Position numbers and translations under genes: made by a program. Below the pieces are notes generated by a model. The model was not told where the DNA came from. It ran no database searches and worked only from the letters and a program-made list of their open reading frames with translations. A stretch of 64,000 nt of DNA from a virus. Location: the IMG/VR virus record IMGVR_UViG_3300022074_000004, one strand, 5' to 3'. Positions 24,201 through 35,094 of the stretch are shown one piece after another (position 1 is the first letter of the stretch; each line of letters begins with the position of its first letter).

Positions 24201-27200
24201 GAAGACAATGTAAAAGAATTTTATAATAAAAACCAATATATTGACATAATATCTGTTGGTAGTGGCAAGCATACATTTAACTGCCCAGAAATCAAGGTAA
24301 GTATAATCAGTGAGATTGGATTGTCTCCTGTTGGGACAGAGACGTTTGAATTAAAAGTTCAGCCAGTTTTTAGAGGCCAAGTAGAAGCCGTCTACTTGGC
24401 AGATGAAGGTTCTAATTATGGATCTCCAGAGATATTGAACTATAATAGAACACCAAACTTAAGTTTAAGTAAAGGCTCTGATGCTCAAGTAAGCCCTGTC
24501 ATCAAAAATGGCGAAATCGTAGATGTTATTGTTTTAAATCAAGGTAAAAATTATACCTCCCCACCAAATATAAGAACTATCGGAGATGGAGCTGGTGCTG
24601 TACTAACTCCCATCATTGAAAATGGATTCTTGAGAGATGTTAATGTTATAAATGGTGGATTTGGTTTTGGTCAAGAAACATTTATAATTATTGAGTCAGT
24701 TGGTCAAGATTGTAAGTTCAATACAACTATACAATCTTGGAATGTCAATTTATTTGAGAAAAATATATCAAATATTGGTGCGGATGATATTTCAGTCGAA
24801 TGTGGCTTAAATGATAAGTATGGTCTACAGTACTCATATCTATATGCTCCTAGATCTTTAAGAGAATCTGTTTTTTCTATTAATTCAAGTGGAGAAGTGA
24901 TATATGGTTCAAAAGATCTTAAAAAGAAAAATAATAAAGAAACCGAATCCGATCACCACTCACCAATAATAGGATGGGCCTATGATGGAAGCCCAATTTA
25001 TGGACCATATGGTTATTCTCAGAAAAACGGTGGACAAATTGTACAGATGAAGTCAGGTTATAAATTAGACCTGAAACCAAATAGGCCATCAACATCTATC
25101 TTCCCAGAAGGTTACTTTTTAGAAGATTATTCATATTTTGATTCGAATGATGAATCTGTTCTCGACAGAAATAACGGAAGATTTTGCGTAACTCCAGATT
25201 ATCCAAATGGAACTTATGCATATTTCTCTACACTTGATGCAGAGAGTGTAGAATCGTCTGGCCTCTTTGCAAAATATAAAAAACCACAATTCCCATATTT
25301 TATTGGAGATTGTTATGAGAATGTTCCAATAGACTTCAATTTTGAAAAATCTTCTAATCAGGATGATTTTATATTTGGAGGAAATTGGGCAAGAAATACT
25401 TCTCCATACAATTTAGATTTTTCTGGGAAAAATTATAAGTATATTAATGTTCCAGATACTTCATCCCAAAAAGTAGTAATTGATTCTATTAAGTCGAGTG
25501 GAATAGATTCAATTTCAGTCAAAAGTGCCGGAGATCTTTACAAGGTCGATGATAAAGTTTTATTTGACGATGTGGGTAGTGGTGGTAATGGAGTATCAGC
25601 AAAAGTTTCTAGAATATCAGGAAAAACAACTAAACAAATTTCTTTTGATATAGTAAAAAAAGAAAATATAGAAGTATCCTCTACAAATAGAAAAAATGAG
25701 TACCTAGTTACTTCGGATGTCCCACATAGCCTCAATGATGGTGACATAGTGAATCTAAACAGCCTCTCAAGAAATTTTGAATTGACCGGATCTTATCCTG
25801 TTGGTGTAAGTACAAATATACTGAAAATTTCTCAAGATATACTGGATGTATCTCAGACTGGGCAAATCACATACTTTAATGTAATAGGAAACCTTAATGA
25901 AAATGCAATTCGCGAGAATGACATTTTGCAGATTGGTACAGAAAAGATCAAGGTACTAAAAATCAATAGATCAAATTATACTATAAAAGTATTAAGGCAA
26001 TTTGATGGGACTATTGGTTCATCTTACCCAATTTTTACAAATATTATAGAATTGCCAAGGAAACTTAAAATAAACTCAAAAGAAAAAGTATTGTCTCCTC
26101 AAAATAAACAAATATATTTTGATCCATCAAAATCTGTTGCAACTGGCAATACTTTTGGGATTGGTATAGGTGTATCTTTGCTGACAGAAGATGGGGAGTT
26201 GCATATTCCAACAAAGGCAATCTATCTTAAAAATCATGGATTGAAAACTGGAGATAGTATCACATACTCTACTGGAGGTGGAGACGGGTTAGTAGTATCT
26301 GAAGATGGAGTTACAACAAGATCTCTTACAGATGGGGAAAATTTATTTGTAGGAAGAGTTTCTGATGATTTAATTAGTATATCCACTGTTAGGGTAGGGT
26401 TAGATACCCAAGGCGTTTTTGTCGCCCTTGAGGGCGCTTCTGGTGCGTCTAGAACGCTTTATTTTGATAGTATTGGAACTGGAGAAAATCACAGCTTCAC
26501 CACCAACTACGTATCAACCACAGGAAATATTTCAAGAAATGAAGTTACTCTAGAAACAGAAAATCCCCATGAATTGACTGATGGGGATGAGATCTACTTA
26601 GAAGTCAATCCACAGGAAACGTTTACATATGAGGTTTCTTATGATGATCAGAATAGAAGATTAATCTTTAATAAAAAATCTTTCACCGATCCAAATGTAA
26701 GCGTCTCAGAAAATACAATTTATATTGAAAATCATAATTTAAGTTCCGGTGATAAGATATTGTACACATCAGACAATCCTTCAGATGGATTGGTAAGTGG
26801 AGAGATGTATTATGCTATTTTCTTCAATGAAAATAAAATAGGTTTAGCACAAAGTTATTTCGATTCAATCAGCAACAATTTTATTGATATAAAAACCCAA
26901 TCATCCGGAAACATTGGTTCTATAAATCCAAAAATTAGTGTTTATAGAGATTCAACAATTATTTTTGATGTTTCAGACGCATCTCTTTCATACTTGAGAC
27001 AAACCATAAGTTATTCCGCATTTAAGCTTGATTTTTACTTAGATACAAATCTTTCTTTATTTTGGAATGATGCAATAACAAACATACAAAGGTCCGGAAG
27101 GCCAGGGGTGGATTCTGACGCAAAAATTACTTTGAAAATTAATTCAGAATCTCCAGACATGATTTACTATAAGTTAAATCCAGTAATTCAGGATGGATTG

Positions 27201-30200
27201 CCAGATTCTAAAAAATATAGCTTTCCTGATTTGGAAATTGATGGAATGTCAACTATTCAAGTGAAAGATAGTGAATATAGTGGAAAATATAATATAAAAA
27301 CAATTTCTGATACTGAGGTAAAATTCAATACGACAAGAATTTGTGAAAAAGATGTATATACATCAGATATATCAAATATAAACTATAGTACAAATTCAAA
27401 AACTGTATCTGGACCGATTGAAAGTGTCTTAGTAACAAATCCAGGTAAAGAGTATACAAAAATGCCTAGAATCTCTTCAATAGAAAGTGAAGATGGCGAT
27501 AGTGCAATATTAGAACCTTTTGGCTCATCTGTTGGAGAGATTAATAATGTTAAGATAGAAAATCTAAAAAAAGATTATCCATCAGACGAAACATTAAGAC
27601 CAACTGCATCATTTACCCAAATTTTAAAGGTAGAGCCATTGTATTCTATCTCTTCTATAAACTTGACTGATTTCGGAAGAGGATATCTCGTTCCACCAAA
27701 ATTAGTTGTAAAAGATTCTGTTACAGATGAAGTGGTTCAAGATTTAGATCTTGAATATAAATTAGGAGATTCTGAAGTTAAAATTATTAAGAATACTCAC
27801 AGATTAAGGGATGCTATTCCTCAAATAATACCAACCCGCAATAGCAATGGAATTGGCATCTCAACTATTAGCTATGATCCCGATACACATGACGCTACTA
27901 TAACTTTATCAACTCAGTATAGCGATTCATCAGATTTCCCAATAAAACCAGGAGACAAATTTTTAGTAGAAAGTGCATTTGCAGTACCAGGCGGACTTGG
28001 CTTCAATTCTGAGGATTATAACTACAAGCTATTCACTGCAATATCAACAAATGAAAGCATTGGCGGGGGATTTGGCACAATCTCTTATAATATGTCAGAA
28101 TTATTTTCTCTTGGTGATACAGCTGGAACTTATGACCATATAAGATCACTTGGTAGGATTATACCAGAATCATATTTTCCAAAATTTGAAGTATCTATAG
28201 AACAAAGTGATTTTTTGACCAGAGAAACTTATGAACTTAATGAAACTATAAAAGGAAAGCTTCATAATGGGACTATTGAATACTGGGAATCAGAGACTGG
28301 ATTGATGCATATTTTGTCAAATGAAATATATGATATTGGGTCAATTGTAAGAGGAATTTCTTCAAAAGCGGAAGGAAATGTTATATCCTCTATTAGGACA
28401 AAATCATATTTTCCTTTGGGTTCTTCATTAAGTATAAGAAAGTCATCAAATACAAATTCTGGATTTTTAAACGACAGCTTCCAAAGATTACAGGATAGTG
28501 ACTATTATCAGAATTTCTCATATTCAATAAAATCTAGAATACCATATGAGACTTGGAATGATCACATATCTCCACTGACACATACGGCTGGATTTAAAAA
28601 ATTCTCAGACTATCAGATTGAATCTATGGCAGATAGTCAAACATCAATGAGAGTTAATATTTCTAGCAATTCTGTCGATCAAGTCAATGATTTAATTGGA
28701 AAAGTCAATTTAAATTCTTTCTCGGACTTTGATCTAGTATCTGAAAATGATGTTGATGGAATATCAAACAAAATATTGTTTAATAGCAAAATCTTAGGTG
28801 ATTATTTTGAATCTGTTGGTAATAAGGTTTTAGAAGTAGATAACATTTCAAATCTTTTTAATAGCAATCCAAGATCAACAAAATTTAGCCCAGTAGCTAC
28901 ATTTAGTAAACTGGATAATAGATATCTAAAATTCATTACTTTAGTAAAAGATAGAAGATATACGCAACAAAGACAATTAATGATTATCGATCTAATTCAT
29001 GATAATTTTGAGGGGTATATCAATCAATACGGTAGAGTGGAAACAGAGTATGATCTTGGATCTTTTGATTATACAATTATTGGAAATCAGGGTATTTTAT
29101 TATTCTATCCAGAGAGGCATGAAATAAATGATTATGATATATCTGCAATATCATTTAACTTGGATGAGATCATATCAAGTGCTGTAGATACTATCATTGG
29201 TACATCATTAATAACCACTGAAGGGAAAGAGCTGCAAGGTGGCACTTCTACAGTTTTTGAAATAGATGCATCTTACAGCTCGATAAAATTATTATTACAA
29301 ATAAATCCAGAGTCTCAAGTTGGGAAAGAATTTGAGGTTAGTGAATTAAATATCATGAATGATGGTTCAAATATCCACATTTTAGAAAATACAAAATTAT
29401 CTACAGATTTGGGCCAAAATAGCACTGTTGGTTTGGGGACATATCATGCATATATCGATGGATCCAAATTAAAGGTAGACTTTATTCAGAATCAAAATAC
29501 GAACATAGATTCTGGAATTATTAATACATACTGCATTGCTTTAGGCGATGAAAATTCAAGTGGATCTCAGACAGAATATTTGAAGCATGTAACATTCAAT
29601 TCCAAGTCTACAACAATAGCATCATCTCCAACTCCAAGTGAAATAGTAATTGCAGAATATGAAACTGAAGAAACATATAATGCAGCACACTTGATGGTAC
29701 AAATTTCTGATACTACGAATGATAAAAAACAATTCTCTGAAGTTATTGTGGTTGATAGTTATGAATCAGGCATTCCTACATACGAAACATATGATACTGA
29801 ATACGGTATTATAAATGATGGGGATGTGTTAGGCGAGATTAGCTCAAGAGTTATCTTAGATGGTACATATAAAACTCAAATAATGTTTACTCCTATAGCA
29901 AATATTGATACCCATGTCAATGTCTTTATGACTGCTTTGAGAAATCAGGATGATACAAGAGACCAAATCAATATGGCCAGTGGCAGTATTAGAAGTTACG
30001 GCGGTATCTATGAAGGAACACACTCTGATATAAAGAAATCTTTCGAATTATATAACTCCGGAGAAAAAATATTTGAAAGAACTTTTGATAGTCAAGATCA
30101 AGATATTGTGAATATTGCTGATGATAAACTTAATATCAATACTCACTTCTTTGTCACTGGAGAGTCAATTAAATATGTTCCAGGAAGTCCAAATTCAATT

Positions 30201-33062
30201 TTTGAGGCAATCGAGATAGAACCAACATCTTTTGCTGGAATTGGTGTCACTGATAGGTTGCCACAAGATATATTTGCAATTAAGCTTCCAGACAATACGC
30301 TTAGATTTGCTTCTAGTGCAGAAAATGCTCTAAAGTCAACACCGGAGTTTATAAAATTTGTAAATTATGGTGTTGGTTCGGCCCATAGAATTGTAGCTAA
30401 TAATCAAAATACAAAAGCTCTTCTTACAATTGACAATGTAATACAATCACCAATTGTAGAATCTAAAAAGACAGCATCAGTAACTCAAGATGTATTTACA
30501 ACAAGTGATATAATTCGATTTGATGATACGACTGGATTTTTTGGAACTGACTTGATTAGAGTCAATGACGAAATTATGATGATTGAAAGTATTGGGATCG
30601 GATCTCCAGAAAATGTACGTGTTAGAAGAACTCAGTTGGGAACAAAGATATCTCCACACTCTGCTGGCTCAACTATAACCAAATTAAATGGTAATTATAA
30701 TATTGTTGATAATACATTAAACTTTGTAAGAGCACCATATGGAAGATTACCATTTTCAACATCTACTGGGTCTCCAGAAGAAAGAGACTGGTCTGGAATA
30801 TCAACTAGCTCCAATTTTAGTGGAAGAATTTTCTTAAGATCAGGTATACCAAATACAAGTAGTGAAACATATACTACAAATTATATTTTCGATGATATAT
30901 CTGACCAGTTTAATTCGACACAAAATGAATTTGTTTTAAAATCTAATAGCTCGAATGTAAGTGGAATAAAAAATGGCATAGTTATTGTTAATGATGTATT
31001 CCAATATCCAGGAAGAGTAAATTGTGATATATTGACTTCTGATGCTTCTGGAATATCAACCGTCAAATTTACAGGAAATAGTAGGACAATTACAAATGAT
31101 GTTGGTATATCAAGTTTCCCTAGAGGTGGTTTGATTGTATCAGTTGGCTCATCAGAAGGTCTAGGATATCAACCACTTATAACTGCTGGAGGATTTGCAA
31201 CTATCAATTCTAGCGGAGAAATTGATTCCATAACAATGGATAATGTTGGATCTGGATATAGAGCTGGTTTGCAAACTGTAAACGTAAGTGCCATTAATGA
31301 TCCCGATGATATTCAGATAATTGGTACAGCGAATATTGTTGATGGAAAAGTTTCTAGTGTGAATATATCAAATCCAGGTAGTGGATATTCAGCTGCACCT
31401 AGAATTGAATTTGACGATCCACTAAATTACTATGATTTGCCTTTGATTTACTCAGCAAATTCTACTGGGTCTGGACAGGGAGCATCTATAAACATTATAG
31501 TTGGGCAGGAATCTAAAGTAATAGATTTTTCAATAACAAATACTGGTTATGGGTATAATGTTGGAGACAAATTAACTGTTCCAACATCCACCGCAGTTGG
31601 TATAGAAACAAACTCAAATTTTGAAGAATTTGTTATAACTGTTGACAAAACCATTTCGGATACTTTTAGTGGATGGACATTTGGGGAATTGGAAGTCCTT
31701 GATAATATTGAAAGATTCATTGACGGAGAAAACACAATATTTCCTCTATTGAGTTCAAATATTGAGAAATCAATTATTTCAAATAGAGGATCTTCAATTG
31801 ATGTTAAAAATGTATTACTTGTATTTGTCAATAATATTCTTCAGATACCAGGAGAGGGGTATATTTTTAATGGAGGAAGTACAATTCAATTTACAGAGCC
31901 ATTGAAAAAAGAAGATACTGTTGAGATTTTATTCTATAAAGGAAGTGGTGATGTTGATGTAATTCCAAGAAACATTATTGAGACGGTTAAGGCGGGGGAT
32001 GATCTTCAAATAATCAATGACCCCTCAGTTGGTCAAAAAGAATTCTTAAAAGAAGATATACGTGTAGCAACAGAGGTTACATCAACAAATGTTGTGATTA
32101 CAAATCCATATTATGGACCAGGAAATATTGATGAGGAATCTCTATTACGTCCTATAACTTGGACTAAGCAAACTGAAGATAAAATTATTGATGATGTTTT
32201 CGTCGGTAAAGATAGAGAGCTATATGAGGCATCAATAAATCCAATATCTTATATAATCGGTTCTGTTGGTATTGGGCAAACTGTTGTTTATGTTGATAGT
32301 CTAAGACCAACATTTAATTCCAAAAATGAAAATAATATAGACATTTCTTTCCAAAATGAAGTTACACTAATATCTCAAGATGAGGTAAAAGTTGAAAGCA
32401 ATGATGTTACATCTTATTCAGGAGACTATGGTATTATTGTTGGGTTTGGTGTCACAACAACTACATCAAATAAAATAATTTTTGATCTTTATATACCAGA
32501 AGATTCTCCACTGAGAGACAGCTCAATTAATGAAACTCCTATCACGGTTAGCGAATTGTCTGCCGGAGATTATTTCTCAGTCAGTAATTCCATAGTTTCT
32601 GCTGATCCAGATTTATACCCTCTTATCTCTTATGATCACAACTCAGGTGCAGTAGTTGCAAAAACAGATTCATATCTTGACTCTATTTTTGTGGTTGAAA
32701 GTGCAGAGAATGTTGATAAGCAACTAAATGGTATTACAATAACTGTAAGGAGAGTATACTGTAATATAACACCTAATGGAATACTTGACCGCGATCGTTT
32801 TGATTCCAGTCTATTCTCTTTTGATAGTGATAGTACTAAATTTGATAGCGTTCCAAGCAGTCAAAATAGTGGCCCAGTTTACACCGGAACTATTAGTACC
32901 TCCAATTTTATAGGACATTATAGTTGGGGTAAGGTAATTCTTGATGGTAGGATTAAAAACTACTCGTATAATGCATATGCATTAGATGGATATGCTGGGA
33001 TTTCAACTTCTGCAATGGTTAGAAGAACAATACCATTAAAATATAATAATTACACCGGATAA
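21243..33062 (+). CDS. gp7: giant baseplate wedge initiator, 3939 aa
   Basis: follows gp6; DFYSVKGT N-terminal motif, LQDSDYYQNFSY...HTAG, internal repeats. Confidence 0.85.
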   Translation: MSERIQVSQVLKSQIPNYVREEYPQFEKFLQQYYIGQEYPGGPIDLIENIDKYVKIDSLSNINDSAVLATDISFSSRIIRVDSSLSPQGTSGFPDSYGLLKIGDEVITYKNKTEFSFTGCIRGFSGVTNYRNEDNLGELTFESTKIEKHKSGATIHNLSALFLKEMFTKLKYQFLPGLENKKFAGSVDENLFLQKSRDFYSVKGTRTGFDLLFKLLYGEEIDIISPKNYLFTPSNSDFEKYDEMVLEIISGNPEDLLLSTLSQEEYKDIIEEAYAPITDVEKLDDPDSDGKYYKVKLDSGSGVNRDSGVKGSISGSFTVHAKTRVIGDVEIGASIITVDSTVGFSNEGELYVRYADQTFGVVSYTSKSFNQFFGCSNIINNILDGYGVSVNTFAYATSGDNIVKVRVNSIPSSVQYSDDSYGYHKNLPVTFKNLGYTSDSYKSDGWLYNTGPCYDINRTNLIDTSDNTYEIELKTKNYLQIDDSVNIISSNQSKKFASVIDLISENTILVRCEGPILENDLKVERNILKSEGSIITNVQNVYKHNTEEEYLIASSSIPSLLDENNAKKVTFSGTFLQNQEILKISEFKDHGFYTGDAIFYKPEVEIQIIEDADENEEGFTETEVIKSSLFDEGLYFIKRISPTEVKFALSLSNIEKSQYISPKINTIVENNTLEPYKFKGKEIRSQNLVRKLKNPQKTSEKSKTIPGFTGIMINGTEILNYKSSDRVKYGKIEKIDVISKGYDYDVINPPNLTISDSSGQGAEAYVDVSGVLQELRIVDSGFDYQKPPILTITGGNGEGAEVSPTMSGIIHSVEFNSLSISTVDDTIKFTVNHKLKTGESVVYKTNNQQSIGGIVDGSEYFVSVVDSKTISLHETQSDSVSAANKISFTSLGVGNHIIEATETKSVVASLNVVNSGLNYQNKKRILKEENINLQKDCFYIKNHRYESGELIKYYSTTGTAIGGLEIGKEYVVTKISDDEFSISQVGEDNVKEFYNKNQYIDIISVGSGKHTFNCPEIKVSIISEIGLSPVGTETFELKVQPVFRGQVEAVYLADEGSNYGSPEILNYNRTPNLSLSKGSDAQVSPVIKNGEIVDVIVLNQGKNYTSPPNIRTIGDGAGAVLTPIIENGFLRDVNVINGGFGFGQETFIIIESVGQDCKFNTTIQSWNVNLFEKNISNIGADDISVECGLNDKYGLQYSYLYAPRSLRESVFSINSSGEVIYGSKDLKKKNNKETESDHHSPIIGWAYDGSPIYGPYGYSQKNGGQIVQMKSGYKLDLKPNRPSTSIFPEGYFLEDYSYFDSNDESVLDRNNGRFCVTPDYPNGTYAYFSTLDAESVESSGLFAKYKKPQFPYFIGDCYENVPIDFNFEKSSNQDDFIFGGNWARNTSPYNLDFSGKNYKYINVPDTSSQKVVIDSIKSSGIDSISVKSAGDLYKVDDKVLFDDVGSGGNGVSAKVSRISGKTTKQISFDIVKKENIEVSSTNRKNEYLVTSDVPHSLNDGDIVNLNSLSRNFELTGSYPVGVSTNILKISQDILDVSQTGQITYFNVIGNLNENAIRENDILQIGTEKIKVLKINRSNYTIKVLRQFDGTIGSSYPIFTNIIELPRKLKINSKEKVLSPQNKQIYFDPSKSVATGNTFGIGIGVSLLTEDGELHIPTKAIYLKNHGLKTGDSITYSTGGGDGLVVSEDGVTTRSLTDGENLFVGRVSDDLISISTVRVGLDTQGVFVALEGASGASRTLYFDSIGTGENHSFTTNYVSTTGNISRNEVTLETENPHELTDGDEIYLEVNPQETFTYEVSYDDQNRRLIFNKKSFTDPNVSVSENTIYIENHNLSSGDKILYTSDNPSDGLVSGEMYYAIFFNENKIGLAQSYFDSISNNFIDIKTQSSGNIGSINPKISVYRDSTIIFDVSDASLSYLRQTISYSAFKLDFYLDTNLSLFWNDAITNIQRSGRPGVDSDAKITLKINSESPDMIYYKLNPVIQDGLPDSKKYSFPDLEIDGMSTIQVKDSEYSGKYNIKTISDTEVKFNTTRICEKDVYTSDISNINYSTNSKTVSGPIESVLVTNPGKEYTKMPRISSIESEDGDSAILEPFGSSVGEINNVKIENLKKDYPSDETLRPTASFTQILKVEPLYSISSINLTDFGRGYLVPPKLVVKDSVTDEVVQDLDLEYKLGDSEVKIIKNTHRLRDAIPQIIPTRNSNGIGISTISYDPDTHDATITLSTQYSDSSDFPIKPGDKFLVESAFAVPGGLGFNSEDYNYKLFTAISTNESIGGGFGTISYNMSELFSLGDTAGTYDHIRSLGRIIPESYFPKFEVSIEQSDFLTRETYELNETIKGKLHNGTIEYWESETGLMHILSNEIYDIGSIVRGISSKAEGNVISSIRTKSYFPLGSSLSIRKSSNTNSGFLNDSFQRLQDSDYYQNFSYSIKSRIPYETWNDHISPLTHTAGFKKFSDYQIESMADSQTSMRVNISSNSVDQVNDLIGKVNLNSFSDFDLVSENDVDGISNKILFNSKILGDYFESVGNKVLEVDNISNLFNSNPRSTKFSPVATFSKLDNRYLKFITLVKDRRYTQQRQLMIIDLIHDNFEGYINQYGRVETEYDLGSFDYTIIGNQGILLFYPERHEINDYDISAISFNLDEIISSAVDTIIGTSLITTEGKELQGGTSTVFEIDASYSSIKLLLQINPESQVGKEFEVSELNIMNDGSNIHILENTKLSTDLGQNSTVGLGTYHAYIDGSKLKVDFIQNQNTNIDSGIINTYCIALGDENSSGSQTEYLKHVTFNSKSTTIASSPTPSEIVIAEYETEETYNAAHLMVQISDTTNDKKQFSEVIVVDSYESGIPTYETYDTEYGIINDGDVLGEISSRVILDGTYKTQIMFTPIANIDTHVNVFMTALRNQDDTRDQINMASGSIRSYGGIYEGTHSDIKKSFELYNSGEKIFERTFDSQDQDIVNIADDKLNINTHFFVTGESIKYVPGSPNSIFEAIEIEPTSFAGIGVTDRLPQDIFAIKLPDNTLRFASSAENALKSTPEFIKFVNYGVGSAHRIVANNQNTKALLTIDNVIQSPIVESKKTASVTQDVFTTSDIIRFDDTTGFFGTDLIRVNDEIMMIESIGIGSPENVRVRRTQLGTKISPHSAGSTITKLNGNYNIVDNTLNFVRAPYGRLPFSTSTGSPEERDWSGISTSSNFSGRIFLRSGIPNTSSETYTTNYIFDDISDQFNSTQNEFVLKSNSSNVSGIKNGIVIVNDVFQYPGRVNCDILTSDASGISTVKFTGNSRTITNDVGISSFPRGGLIVSVGSSEGLGYQPLITAGGFATINSSGEIDSITMDNVGSGYRAGLQTVNVSAINDPDDIQIIGTANIVDGKVSSVNISNPGSGYSAAPRIEFDDPLNYYDLPLIYSANSTGSGQGASINIIVGQESKVIDFSITNTGYGYNVGDKLTVPTSTAVGIETNSNFEEFVITVDKTISDTFSGWTFGELEVLDNIERFIDGENTIFPLLSSNIEKSIISNRGSSIDVKNVLLVFVNNILQIPGEGYIFNGGSTIQFTEPLKKEDTVEILFYKGSGDVDVIPRNIIETVKAGDDLQIINDPSVGQKEFLKEDIRVATEVTSTNVVITNPYYGPGNIDEESLLRPITWTKQTEDKIIDDVFVGKDRELYEASINPISYIIGSVGIGQTVVYVDSLRPTFNSKNENNIDISFQNEVTLISQDEVKVESNDVTSYSGDYGIIVGFGVTTTTSNKIIFDLYIPEDSPLRDSSINETPITVSELSAGDYFSVSNSIVSADPDLYPLISYDHNSGAVVAKTDSYLDSIFVVESAENVDKQLNGITITVRRVYCNITPNGILDRDRFDSSLFSFDSDSTKFDSVPSSQNSGPVYTGTISTSNFIGHYSWGKVILDGRIKNYSYNAYALDGYAGISTSAMVRRTIPLKYNNYTG

Positions 33063-33065
33063 ATA
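33059..33065 (+). promoter_or_regulatory. late promoter
   Basis: ATAAATA overlapping the gp7 stop. Confidence 0.6.
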
Positions 33066-33082
33066 CAAATAAATTATTTGAT

Positions 33083-33781
33083 ATGAAGCTATATTGTAAA
33101 GACTTTAATAGTATTAATGAAGCTATCAATTTTCCTTTAAATTGTATTTTTGTAGCAATCCCAAAGACTGGGACAACATCTATAAGGGATCAAGTAGCTA
33201 GTAGAGGAAATCATTTTATAAAAAATCCTCACTTAACTCTTAATCAACTAAGAGATATAATATATCCATATTTGCTCACCTGCAATCTGGGCACAAATTC
33301 AAATTATCCGACGACAAATTTTCATCCATCTGATGAAGATATTTTTAATGCATCAAAAAAACTTTTTAATGAGATGTACAAGTTTGGCTCTGTTAGAAAT
33401 CCTTGGGCAAGAGTGTATTCATTATATACTCGTGAAGAAGGTGTAGAGTCTAAGAATAAAATGTCATTCGCCAGCTTTATTGATAGACTATCATATTCAA
33501 GTGATACTTGTATACATCCATTAAGAACAAAATGTCAGTTAGATTGGTTTGAAGATAGAGAAGGAAATGTAATTGCAGACTACATTTATAAAGTAGAGGA
33601 AATGGATGAAGCGGTAGTTAAAATCAGAGAGCAAACCGATGGTAAGATAAGTATTAGAAAAAAACACTTAAATAGAGTGAATACTCCAGACAAATATAAA
33701 GAAATATATTCTGGATATGACAAGAAGGTAGTCGAAAAACTTTTTGAAAAAGATATAGATTATTTTAAATATACTTTTTGA
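33083..33781 (+). CDS. sulfotransferase family protein
   Basis: 5'-PSB loop IPKTGTTSI; 3'-PB VRNPWARVYSLY; C-terminal DIDYFKYTF. Confidence 0.85.
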   Translation: MKLYCKDFNSINEAINFPLNCIFVAIPKTGTTSIRDQVASRGNHFIKNPHLTLNQLRDIIYPYLLTCNLGTNSNYPTTNFHPSDEDIFNASKKLFNEMYKFGSVRNPWARVYSLYTREEGVESKNKMSFASFIDRLSYSSDTCIHPLRTKCQLDWFEDREGNVIADYIYKVEEMDEAVVKIREQTDGKISIRKKHLNRVNTPDKYKEIYSGYDKKVVEKLFEKDIDYFKYTF

Positions 33782-33793
33782 TTTTTATCAGCC

Positions 33794-33800
33794 ATAAATA
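33794..33800 (+). promoter_or_regulatory. late promoter
   Basis: ATAAATA. Confidence 0.65.
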
Positions 33801-33824
33801 CAAATATCGCAGTATAGATGAGAA

Positions 33825-35093
33825 ATGTCTAGATTTGGCATAAACACAGGAACAGTAGCAAATGATGGCACAGGAAGTACTCTCAGAGAAGCTGGAGTTG
33901 GTATAAATGCTAACTTTCAAGAAATATATAATTGTCTTGGAGATGGGACAGATATCTCATTAGATACTAGCACCTTTGCTCTAAAAACAGAGCTAAGTAA
34001 CTACCTAACTTCAGCTGATCTCACTGGATATGCTCAAACAAGTCAACTATTTGACGGTGACTATAACAGCTTAACAAACACCCCAATTAACACGACTATT
34101 CAGATTACAGATACTGAAGTGTCGAATTGGAATACTGCATATGGTTGGGGCGATCATGCACAAGCAGGCTACTTAAGTTCATATACAGAGACAGACACCC
34201 TTTCTACTGTAACTAGTAGAGGTGCTGTTGCAAGTGCAAAAATTGAGGCCGATCACGGCATTTCTCTTCCTGAAGGTTTCAATGTTGACATTGGAAGTGA
34301 CTTTACAATGGGTGTGGTTCCTATTTATGACGCTTCTAGATTCGCCAATGTACAGACAGCAAATATTAAATACACAGGACCTGGCGGTATTTTATTTGAA
34401 ACAGACGATGTTGTGTTTAAAAGTTTAGCAAATAATAGAACTTTCGCCAAATTTGATGATTCTTGGGGTCATGCAGACCTATATTATAACGGTGATCATA
34501 AATTTAGAACTACTAGTGATGGAATTAAAGTATATGGAGATGTTGAAGCTGAGGGAAAGGTATATTTTTCAAATGTATTCACAGATATAGCTAGCTTACC
34601 AGACGCATCAACATATCATGGAATGTTTGCACATGCCCATGGCACAGGGAAGGGATATTTTGCTCATGGTGGCAATTGGACCGAGCTTTTAGATGAAAAC
34701 ACATCTATTCCCACATTATTGGCCAGACAATCTAAATCTATTCAAACTACTTCAACGATTGTCGATGGGGAGACTAATGATACAGAAGAGATAGCGGTCG
34801 GGAAAACTTATATTTTATATAAGATAGAGACATCTGCTGCGGCTTGGGTAAGACTTTATGTAGATACTGCAAGCAGAACAAGTGATTCTACAAGGGATGA
34901 AAACACAGACCCTCAACCAGGGTCTGGAGTAATTGCTGAGGTAATTACTACAGGAGCACAGGAACAAAAAATGACACCAGGCGTATTTGGCTGGTGCGAA
35001 TCAGGGTCAAATATTCCACTGGCGATAACAAATAAAAGTGGCTCTGATCAACAGATAACAGTTACGCTCACATATCTAGTGTTAGAGGGATGA
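33825..35093 (+). CDS. baseplate-attached fibre/structural protein
   Basis: gp9/gp10-type N-terminus INTGTVANDGTGSTLR...INANFQEIY; WNTAYGWGDHA fibre motif. Confidence 0.75.
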   Translation: MSRFGINTGTVANDGTGSTLREAGVGINANFQEIYNCLGDGTDISLDTSTFALKTELSNYLTSADLTGYAQTSQLFDGDYNSLTNTPINTTIQITDTEVSNWNTAYGWGDHAQAGYLSSYTETDTLSTVTSRGAVASAKIEADHGISLPEGFNVDIGSDFTMGVVPIYDASRFANVQTANIKYTGPGGILFETDDVVFKSLANNRTFAKFDDSWGHADLYYNGDHKFRTTSDGIKVYGDVEAEGKVYFSNVFTDIASLPDASTYHGMFAHAHGTGKGYFAHGGNWTELLDENTSIPTLLARQSKSIQTTSTIVDGETNDTEEIAVGKTYILYKIETSAAAWVRLYVDTASRTSDSTRDENTDPQPGSGVIAEVITTGAQEQKMTPGVFGWCESGSNIPLAITNKSGSDQQITVTLTYLVLEG

Positions 35094-35094
35094 T

